This document shows positions 57,198-64,000 of a DNA stretch of 64,000 bases, in pieces; the stretch's first letter is position 1, and each line of letters begins with the position of its first letter. A program made the translations under genes and the position numbers. The notes under the pieces were generated by a model. The model was not told where the DNA came from and made no database searches. It was given only the letters and a program-made list of their open reading frames with translations. Where the stretch lies: contig JBBFLL010000005.1 of NCBI GenBank assembly GCA_037479045.1, positions 42,749 through 106,748 on the forward strand, read 5' to 3'. This DNA comes from Brevinematales bacterium (lineage in GTDB: Bacteria; Spirochaetota; Brevinematia; Brevinematales; JAOACQ01).

Positions 57198-58010
57198 TTA
57201 GAATAAAAAAGAAAATGTCAAAAATAAAGAATATTCATAAAGTTTCTTATCAAAAATTATCGGATATAAAAATCCTAAACTGAATTTAAAAAATTTTCCA
57301 GTTTTTAACGAGTTCTCAAAATAAATTTCTAAAGAATCTGGAAACAAAAGATCTGAAGAAATATTTCTTTGATAGCTGATTGAAAGCTCAGGTAAATATA
57401 AAAAAACTGTATTGTTAAATTTAAAAATTTCTATTTCAAGATCAGAATGTAAACTGAATCTTAAACGATCAAGCCCCGGATTAAAACTTACAATACCTTC
57501 ATCAGTATAATTATCAACACAATAAAATAGATTAAACCAGAACATAAATGGATGAAAATAAAAAGAAAGATTAAAACCGGGATGAAAACCAAAAGTTCCT
57601 CTCGAAAAAGGATAAAAAGAATACCTTCCTCCATCAATATATCTGTAAGACTCTTCCTTAACAACTCCTGTAGGAAACCTTATAATAGAAAGAAAAGAAA
57701 ATCTCCAGAACTCAAAAAAATCCTTCTCCAGCAAAAACTTGGCTTTCAGTTCAATATCACCTATAACACCATCACCCACAAAAGAATTAAAAAAAAGATA
57801 TGGGAAACAAACACCAATCAAAAATCTCTCATTAACACCATAATCTAAAGATAAATGAACTTTATTCAAAGTCGAATTTGCAAAAAAAACAACCTCATCA
57901 CCAATAATCGTTCTTACATTAGCTGCTTCAAGATAATAAGGGTTATCAAAACTTGAAAATAAAAGATTTGCCCACAAAAAAAAGAAAAAGGAGAGCAAAA
58001 ATACTCTCAT
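57198..58010 (-). CDS. Putative outer-membrane beta-barrel protein
   Basis: Signal peptide, F/Y/G-rich alternating strands, and the C-terminus FLTFSFLF. It starts 17 nt after the rplT stop. Confidence 0.6.
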   Translation of the reverse strand: MRVFLLSFFFFLWANLLFSSFDNPYYLEAANVRTIIGDEVVFFANSTLNKVHLSLDYGVNERFLIGVCFPYLFFNSFVGDGVIGDIELKAKFLLEKDFFEFWRFSFLSIIRFPTGVVKEESYRYIDGGRYSFYPFSRGTFGFHPGFNLSFYFHPFMFWFNLFYCVDNYTDEGIVSFNPGLDRLRFSLHSDLEIEIFKFNNTVFLYLPELSISYQRNISSDLLFPDSLEIYFENSLKTGKFFKFSLGFLYPIIFDKKLYEYSLFLTFSFLF

Positions 58011-58027
58011 ACTCTCCTTCTTTCCTT

Positions 58028-58384
58028 TTATACCTTAACGTGCTGCTTTGCGATTTCTATATACTTTAACATTGCATCTGGATCTTCAATACAGAGATTT
58101 GAAAGAGTCTTTCTGTTGATAGATACATTCGCTTTTCTTAAGCCTTCTATAAACCTGTTATAGTTCAAGCCATGCTCTCTTACAAAAGCGTTAATTCTCA
58201 CTATCCAGAGGCTTCTGAAGTCCCTTTTTCTATTTCTTCTATCGATAGTTGCATACCTTAAAGCATGCATTACAGCTTCTTTTGCTGCCTTGATTCTGTT
58301 TTTTCTTGCTCCATGATAACCTTTAGCTAATTTTAAAACCTTTTTTCTTCTTTCTCTGCTTGCTACTGTATATCTTGCTCTCAT
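58028..58384 (-). CDS. rplT: 50S ribosomal protein L20
   Basis: MRARYTVASRERRKKVLKLAKGYHGARK... Confidence 0.96.
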   Translation of the reverse strand: MRARYTVASRERRKKVLKLAKGYHGARKNRIKAAKEAVMHALRYATIDRRNRKRDFRSLWIVRINAFVREHGLNYNRFIEGLRKANVSINRKTLSNLCIEDPDAMLKYIEIAKQHVKV

Positions 58385-58402
58385 TTGCTTCCTCCTGTGA
58401 TA

Positions 58403-58600
58403 TTAAGCATAGGGCAACATTCTTTTTATTCTGTAAACATCACCACTGAACACAACTTCTTTACCAGAAAGATTTCTCTTATTCTTTCTTGACTTATGAG
58501 TAAGTAAGTGCCTCTTGTAAGCCTTATTTCTCATAAGTTTTCCACCACCAGAAACACTGAACCTTTTTGCTGCCGATTTATGTGTCTTTATCTTTGGCAT
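58403..58600 (-). CDS. rpmI: 50S ribosomal protein L35
   Basis: [14 protein letters not shown]... from the internal ATG at 58600, which has a GGAGG Shine-Dalgarno. The upstream part of the track ORF overlaps infC. Confidence 0.94.
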   Translation of the reverse strand: MPKIKTHKSAAKRFSVSGGGKLMRNKAYKRHLLTHKSRKNKRNLSGKEVVFSGDVYRIKRMLPYA

Positions 58601-58616
58601 AAAAATTCCTCCAAAT

Positions 58617-59138
58617 TTATTTTTTCTGTTTTGCTGGACCCAAAACAAGTGTTATATTCTTACCTTCCATTTTAGCAGGTTTTTCAACAACACAACTACC
58701 TGCAAGTTCATTAACAACCTTTTCAGTCAATTGAAATCCAAGATCAACATGAGATAACTCTCTACCCCTGAATCTCACAGTTATCTTTACCTTGTCTCCC
58801 TTCGAGAGAAATTCTTTCATCTGCTCAATTCTGTAAGCAAAATCATGATTGTCAATCCAGGGTCTTAACTTAAACTCCTTAATCTCTACAACCTTTTGCT
58901 TCTTTTTTGCTTCTTTAGCCTTTTTTTCTTTCTGATACAAAAACTTACCATAATCGATAAGTCTACATACCGGAGGTTCTGCGTTTGGAGAAACTTCTAC
59001 AAGATCAACCCCAAGTTCTTCAGCCTTCTGCAAGGCTTCCTTGATAGAAAGAACTCCAAGCTGCTCTCCATCCTCTCCAATTACTCTCACCTCTTTTGCT
59101 TTAATTTCTTCATTAACTCTGTAATTTTCAGTAGCTAT
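58617..59138 (-). CDS. infC: Translation initiation factor IF-3, initiating at a non-canonical ATA codon
   Basis: IF-3 homology ([22 protein letters not shown]) continues 16 codons upstream of the track's GTG. An in-frame TAA lies 9 codons further upstream, and no ATG, GTG or TTG lies between. ATA at 59138 sits 5 nt after AAGGAGG. Confidence 0.85.
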   Translation of the reverse strand: MATENYRVNEEIKAKEVRVIGEDGEQLGVLSIKEALQKAEELGVDLVEVSPNAEPPVCRLIDYGKFLYQKEKKAKEAKKKQKVVEIKEFKLRPWIDNHDFAYRIEQMKEFLSKGDKVKITVRFRGRELSHVDLGFQLTEKVVNELAGSCVVEKPAKMEGKNITLVLGPAKQKK

Positions 59139-59169
59139 AAATTCCTCCTTAAAATTTCTACATTATATT

Positions 59170-61065
59170 TTACAATCTCTTTTGATTTTCTTCAACTATC
59201 TTCTTCAAAATTTCTTCCCATTTATGAAGTCCTTCTTCACCTCTATCTCTATGTCTTACTGAAACACTATTTGTCTCTACTTCTTTTTCCCCCACTACAA
59301 GCATATAGGGAACTTTAAGCATTTGAGCTGCCCTTATTTTATAGCCAAGTTTTTCACGACTTAAGTCAACCTCACTGCGTATCTTTGCCTTTCTGAAATG
59401 ATTATTCATATCAATAGCATAGTTGTTAAACTTATCAGAAACAGGAATTATAACTACCTGCAAAGGTGAAAGCCAGAGAGGAAATTTTCCACCATAATGC
59501 TCTATAAGTATACCCATAAACCTCTCTATACTTCCTAAAACTGCCCTATGAAGCATTATAACTCTGTGTTCTTTACCATCATCACCAATATAAGTCAAGT
59601 TAAATCTTTCGGGTAGATTCATATCAAGCTGGATTGTTCCACACTGATGAGTTCTACCTATAGCATCCTTAAGATGAAAATCTATCTTAGGCCCATAAAA
59701 AGCCCCATCACCTTCATTTATTTTATAATTTAAACCAAGTTCATCAAGTGCATTTTTAAGCCCACTTGTAGCAATTTCCCACTGCTCATCTGTTCCCATA
59801 GATTTCTCTGGTCTTGTTGATAACTCAAGAGTATAATCAAAACCAAAAGTTTTATAAACCTCATCAATAAGTTGTAATAATTCTATCACACTTGATTGAA
59901 GTGCTTCTGGAGAAGTAAAAACATGAGCATCGTCCTGTGTAAAACCTCTTACCCTGAAAAGCCCCTGTAAAACTCCGCTTCTTTCATATCTGTGAACCTT
60001 TCCAAACTCTGCAATTTTAAGAGGCAATTCCCTGTAAGAATGAATATTTTCTTTATAATAAAGAATACCACCAGGACAATTCATAGGTTTTATAGCATAA
60101 ACTTCTTCATCTTTTTCTGTAAAGAACATATTTTCTCTATAATTATCGTAATGACCAGACTGTTTCCAGAGATCAACTCTTAACATCGTTGGAGTTTCAA
60201 TTTCTATATAATTTCTTTCATTATGTTTTTCTCTCATAAACTCAATAAGGAGATTTTTAAAAATCAACCCCTTCGGTTTCCAGAAAGGTAGCCCAGGTCC
60301 TTCGTCATGAAAGCTGAATAAATCAAGCTCTTTCCCAAGTTTTCTATGATCCCTTTTCTTTGCCTCTTCAAGATTATTAAGGTAAGTTGAAAGGCTCTCT
60401 TTGTCCGCAAAAGCTGTCCCATAAACTCTTGTCATTGAATCATTTTTTTCATTTCCTTTCCAGTAAGAACCAGAAACACTGAGTATTTTAAAAGCCTTAA
60501 GCATTCCAGTAAATGGAATATGAGGCCCTCTACAAAGGTCAACAAATTCACCCTGCCTGTAAATAGATACAACTTCCCCTTCAATCTCATCAAGCAATTC
60601 AAGTTTATATTTCTGACCATTCTTTTTGAATAGATCTTTTGCTTCTGCTTTTGAAAGCTCTTCTCTCACTATTGGCAAATTTTCATTCACAATCTTTTTC
60701 ATTTCCTCTTCAATTCTTACAATATCATCTTCTGTGATTTTTGACTCGGTAACCACATCATAATAAAACCCATCTTTTATAGCAGGTCCAACACCAAACT
60801 TAGCATCTGGATAAAGTCTTAAAATAGCCTGTGCCATAATGTGAGATGCAGAATGTCTCAATATCTCAAGCCCTTCTTCAGAATCAGAAGAAATAAAACT
60901 TAATTCTCCACTATAGTCTACCTCTTTTGAAAGATCAAAAAGCTCATTATTAAATTTAACCGCTACTATCTTACTCTTCTGAATTTCAAGCTGTTTTAAT
61001 ATTTCATAAAATTTAACTGGCCTGTCAAATTCAAGATTCTTATCTTCAACTTTTATATTAAACAT
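59170..61065 (-). CDS. thrS: Threonine--tRNA ligase
   Basis: TGS, editing and class II core motifs (RHSASHIMA, DHRKLG, FRVRGFTQDDAH, GTIQLD). I prefer the ATG at 61065 with a GGGGA Shine-Dalgarno; the track starts at TTG 61077. Confidence 0.95.
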   Translation of the reverse strand: MFNIKVEDKNLEFDRPVKFYEILKQLEIQKSKIVAVKFNNELFDLSKEVDYSGELSFISSDSEEGLEILRHSASHIMAQAILRLYPDAKFGVGPAIKDGFYYDVVTESKITEDDIVRIEEEMKKIVNENLPIVREELSKAEAKDLFKKNGQKYKLELLDEIEGEVVSIYRQGEFVDLCRGPHIPFTGMLKAFKILSVSGSYWKGNEKNDSMTRVYGTAFADKESLSTYLNNLEEAKKRDHRKLGKELDLFSFHDEGPGLPFWKPKGLIFKNLLIEFMREKHNERNYIEIETPTMLRVDLWKQSGHYDNYRENMFFTEKDEEVYAIKPMNCPGGILYYKENIHSYRELPLKIAEFGKVHRYERSGVLQGLFRVRGFTQDDAHVFTSPEALQSSVIELLQLIDEVYKTFGFDYTLELSTRPEKSMGTDEQWEIATSGLKNALDELGLNYKINEGDGAFYGPKIDFHLKDAIGRTHQCGTIQLDMNLPERFNLTYIGDDGKEHRVIMLHRAVLGSIERFMGILIEHYGGKFPLWLSPLQVVIIPVSDKFNNYAIDMNNHFRKAKIRSEVDLSREKLGYKIRAAQMLKVPYMLVVGEKEVETNSVSVRHRDRGEEGLHKWEEILKKIVEENQKRL

Positions 61066-61199
61066 AATATTCCCCAAAATGCAAAAAACATAATTTTTAA
61101 TTATAACAAAAAATAGAAAAAAAGTAAAATTAATTCAATGTAAAATCAAAATTTGAATATAATATTTTTTTATTTTATAATAAATATGAGGAGATTAAA

Positions 61200-62696
61200 A
61201 TGGATATAAAAAAAGAGATTATGAATTATGTAAAAGAAAATCAAGATATAAACTTTGCTTTTCTTGCATATCTTACAAATCTTTATGAAGTTTCAAAAGT
61301 TTCAAAAGAAATTGCAAAAAATATTGTGCTTGAACTTGAATCTCAAAGAAACAATCTTAAACTTATAGCAAGCGAAAATTATTCCTCTCTTGCAACTCAA
61401 CTTGCGATGGGAAATCTCCTCACAGACAAATATGCAGAAGGCTATCCTTTTCATAGATTTTACGCAGGCTGTGAAAATGTAGATCAAATAGAGAATATTG
61501 CTGTTGAAGAAGCAAAAAAGTTATTTGGTGCCGAACATGCTTATGTTCAGCCTCATAGCGGAGCAGATGCAAATATGGTAGCCTACTGGGCTATTTTATC
61601 CACTCGAATAGAAGCCCCATTTCTCAAAAAAATTGGTGAAACAAATCTTTCAAAATTATCTCCATCAGACTGGGAAAATTTAAGAAAAGAGATGGGCAAT
61701 CAAAGGCTACTTGGCCTTGATTATTACTCTGGTGGACACCTCACTCATGGTTATAGAAACAACGTTTCCGCAAGAATGTTTGAGGCTTATTCATATTCTG
61801 TAAACAAAGAAACGGGGCTACTTGACTATGATGAAATAGAAAAAATTGCTAAAGAAGTAAAGCCCTTAATCCTCCTTGCTGGATATAGTGCCTATCCAAG
61901 AAAGATAAATTTCAAAAAAATGAGAGAAATTGCTGACAAAGTCGGCGCTGTTTTGATGGTTGATATGGCACACTTTGCTGGTCTTGTAGCTGGTGGATTA
62001 TTCAGTGGCGAATACAATCCTGTAATATATGCCGATATAGTGACAACAACAACCCATAAAACACTTCGAGGCCCAAGAGGTGGACTTGTTCTCTGCAAAA
62101 AAGAGTTTGCAGAAGCTGTTGACAAAGGCTGTCCACTCGTGCTTGGTGGTCCACTACCACATGTTATGACAGCAAAGGCTATAGCCTTAAAAGAAGCTAA
62201 CTCTGATGATTTTAAAAATTATGCAAGAAAAATTGTAGAAAATTCACAGACACTTGCACAGGAATGTATAAATCTTGGAATGAAGGTTGCCACAGGTGGA
62301 ACAGACAATCACCTATTTCTTATTAATGTGTCGGACTCCGGCATTACAGGTAGACAGGCTGAAAGTGCATTAAGAGAATGTGGTATTACACTCAATAGAA
62401 ACTCTCTTCCTTTTGATCCTAATGGACCCTGGTATACAAGCGGACTCAGGATTGGAACTCCAGCCATCACAACTCTCGGTATGGGCAAAGACGAAATGAA
62501 AGAAATTGCCTCGATTATTAAACTCGTTATAGACAATGTTAAGCCTTTAGTCGTTGATGGTGAAAAAAGCAAAGCCAAATATGAACTTAACGAAAATGTA
62601 AAAAAAGAGGCAAAAGAAAGGGTAAAAAAACTTCTCTCAAAATACCCTGTTTATCCTGAGCTTAACCTTGAAATATTAAAGAAATTATTTGCATAA
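61200..62696 (+). CDS. glyA: Serine hydroxymethyltransferase, long form (498 aa)
   Basis: LIASENY, TDKYAEGYP, GGHLTHG, VTTTTHKTLRGPRGG, TGGTDNHL. Extra segments relative to the roughly 417-aa E. coli enzyme. Confidence 0.93.
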   Translation: MDIKKEIMNYVKENQDINFAFLAYLTNLYEVSKVSKEIAKNIVLELESQRNNLKLIASENYSSLATQLAMGNLLTDKYAEGYPFHRFYAGCENVDQIENIAVEEAKKLFGAEHAYVQPHSGADANMVAYWAILSTRIEAPFLKKIGETNLSKLSPSDWENLRKEMGNQRLLGLDYYSGGHLTHGYRNNVSARMFEAYSYSVNKETGLLDYDEIEKIAKEVKPLILLAGYSAYPRKINFKKMREIADKVGAVLMVDMAHFAGLVAGGLFSGEYNPVIYADIVTTTTHKTLRGPRGGLVLCKKEFAEAVDKGCPLVLGGPLPHVMTAKAIALKEANSDDFKNYARKIVENSQTLAQECINLGMKVATGGTDNHLFLINVSDSGITGRQAESALRECGITLNRNSLPFDPNGPWYTSGLRIGTPAITTLGMGKDEMKEIASIIKLVIDNVKPLVVDGEKSKAKYELNENVKKEAKERVKKLLSKYPVYPELNLEILKKLFA

Positions 62697-62713
62697 TTTC
62701 AACTAATTATTTA

Positions 62714-62742
62714 TTGCTTAATAAGAAAGTTTGGTATATAAT
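62714..62742 (+). promoter_or_regulatory. Sigma-70-like promoter positioned to give a leaderless MNT transcript
   Basis: TTGCTT (62714-62719), a 17-nt spacer, then TATAAT (62737-62742). The first ATG (62750) is 7 nt after the -10 box and no Shine-Dalgarno lies between. Confidence 0.5.
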
Positions 62743-62749
62743 TATCCAT

Positions 62750-63061
62750 ATGAATAATATCAGGCTTTCAGAAGAACAGGTGAAAATTATAAAAGAAGTC
62801 ATAAAAAAAGTTACTGGTTGTGAATGTAAAACATATCTATTTGGTAGTAGAGTCGATATTAAAAGTAAAGGTGGCGATATAGACTTACTCATTTTGCTAC
62901 CAGAAGGTTTGTCAGATGAAAAGTTATCTCAAATTAAATTCAGCTTACTTAAAGAATTTTATAAAAATCTTGGCGAAAGACAAATCGATTTACTTTTAGT
63001 TTCTGGAGAACCAAAAAAAGAGATAGAAAAAATTGCATTAAAAAAAGGTGTAATCTTATGA
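62750..63061 (+). CDS. Minimal nucleotidyltransferase (MNT; HI0073/MntA-like antitoxin)
   Basis: NTase motif LFGSRVDIKSKGGDIDLLIL (GS...DxD). The start is set at ATG 62750; the track starts at TTG 62714, which is the -35 box. Confidence 0.8.
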   Translation: MNNIRLSEEQVKIIKEVIKKVTGCECKTYLFGSRVDIKSKGGDIDLLILLPEGLSDEKLSQIKFSLLKEFYKNLGERQIDLLLVSGEPKKEIEKIALKKGVIL

Positions 63062-63510
63062 AAGATGAAAAATTAAAATATGAAACTTACCTTTCTGAGT
63101 GTTTAAAACATTTAAATATTTTAAAAAATAATTTCAAAAAAATTTCTTCATATTTACCAATCAATTTAAACAATATACAAGAATTGTATGAAAAAGAAGA
63201 AACACTTTCAATATTGGATCAAATTTCATATAGATTTATAAAATTACAGGAAACTCTTGGAAAATTAATTAAAGTATATCTCTTTCTAAAAGGTGAAGAT
63301 ACATCTGAAAAAAGTATGATAGACCTCATAAATCTAGGAGAAAAAATAGGTATTCCAATAACCGAAGATTTATGGATGAATATAAGACTTATGAGAAATA
63401 TGATCACCCATGAATATCCAGATAGTTTACAAGATATTGTAACTGCAATTAATGAACTACAAAATCTATTACCTTCAATCTCAAAATTAGTTGAATTTTT
63501 GAGTCATTGA
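63058..63510 (+). CDS. HEPN-domain protein (HI0074/HepT-like toxin partner)
   Basis: C-terminal R-x4-H motif in MRNMITHEYP. ATGA overlap with the MNT stop. Confidence 0.72.
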   Translation: MKDEKLKYETYLSECLKHLNILKNNFKKISSYLPINLNNIQELYEKEETLSILDQISYRFIKLQETLGKLIKVYLFLKGEDTSEKSMIDLINLGEKIGIPITEDLWMNIRLMRNMITHEYPDSLQDIVTAINELQNLLPSISKLVEFLSH

Positions 63511-63694
63511 AAATGATGTTTTATGTTATTGATTAAACTTTATATATTAATCTTTAACAAATAAAATTGCTGGATTGAAGAAAAAAATATGTTTATAAGA
63601 CACTATAAATTCTAATCTTAAACTCTATTAAAAAAATATTGATTTTTTTTACTTTGTTATATAATATATAATAAAACAAAAAGGAGTTTTGTGT

Positions 63695-64000
63695 ATGTGG
63701 AAAGTAATATTTTTATTAATTCCTCTTGTTTTTTCTTGCTCTTTTCAACCTTCTTCTGTTTCTTCTCCAGTAAATCCTAAACCTGTTTTGTTAACTAATG
63801 ATACTGATACTGATACTGATACTAATAATACAATTCCAGCAAATATTTTCTATGGACAAATTCAAATTACTAATTATACAGGAAAATATAATTATGATAA
63901 TATGTTTATCGTTTATATGTATGCTGATAATAATTTGGGGAATGATAATACTTTTTCTGATTATGCAGATAAGTCCGATCTGGTAGAAATGATAAAAGGT
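63695..64000 (+). CDS. Clostripain-like (peptidase C11, clan CD) lipoprotein, 3'-truncated by the window edge; not in the ORF track
   Basis: AAGGAG then ATG at 63695. MWKVIFLLIPLVFSCS lipobox, a (TD)n linker, then FIVYMYADNNLGND...DLVEMIKG, which resembles the C11 N-terminal motif (VYMxxDNNL). The frame is open to base 64000. Confidence 0.65.
   Translation, partial: MWKVIFLLIPLVFSCSFQPSSVSSPVNPKPVLLTNDTDTDTDTNNTIPANIFYGQIQITNYTGKYNYDNMFIVYMYADNNLGNDNTFSDYADKSDLVEMIKG
63800..63823 (+). repeat. Perfect hexanucleotide repeat (GATACT)x4 inside the C11 lipoprotein linker
   Basis: gatactgatactgatactgatact read directly. It is in frame and encodes DTDTDTDT. Confidence 0.9.

Noticed and set aside
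61078-61199. T-box or other leader riboswitch upstream of thrS
   Set aside because: Only about 120 bp separate thrS from the divergent glyA, and this space must hold two promoters. That is too short for a T-box, and I see no specifier or antiterminator-like structure.

Overview
Visibly AT-rich, tightly packed bacterial chromosomal segment. It uses the standard genetic code, with TAA, TGA and TAG all serving as stops. I call about 70 protein genes and one tRNA. I recognise no rRNA, CRISPR array, transposase, integrase or phage gene.

Layout:
- 1-23 kb, housekeeping: uvrB (5' partial); a consensus promoter driving tRNA-Phe, rpmH, rnpA and yidD; rpmF-plsX-fabH-fabG-fabF-rnc-yicC-gmk; an M18 aminopeptidase; yjbQ; a sugar-modification pair (DegT-type aminotransferase and CapD/PglF-type dehydratase); queA.
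- 24-40 kb, the most system-like part. An outer-membrane beta-barrel gene is translationally coupled to a caspase-like (C14) lipoprotein carrying an EF-hand loop. Next to it lies a 15-gene, single-strand supercluster (25978-40330). It joins a receptor-less chemotaxis core (cheR-cheB-cheA-cheW-cheX-cheY) to a REC-HD-GYP response regulator, several TPR proteins and lipoproteins, an Smr protein, a ROK kinase and a sigma-54 activator with no sensory domain.
- 40-64 kb: rfbCD, pyk, ruvB, a LacI-family regulator, argC, five unknown secreted or lipoprotein genes (including two paralog pairs), a CaCA antiporter and an O-antigen-ligase-like protein. Then comes a module of an ECF sigma factor with a FecR-PEGA-beta-propeller anti-sigma protein directly behind thrS-infC-rpmI-rplT. 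The window ends with a long-form glyA, an apparently leaderless MNT/HEPN toxin-antitoxin pair and the 5' end of a clostripain-like (C11) lipoprotein.

Other oddities:
- A poly-acidic protein ending in an FmdB-type zinc ribbon.
- A signal-less SBP-fold protein coupled to a GAF-GGDEF cyclase and a GH13 enzyme.
- infC starting on AUA.

The cheA-cheW-cheX-cheY order, the many Cys-lipobox lipoproteins and the PEGA domains are reminiscent of spirochaete-like genomes. Taxonomy cannot be settled without a database search. All functional calls come from motif recognition by eye in the supplied ORF translations, not from searches.
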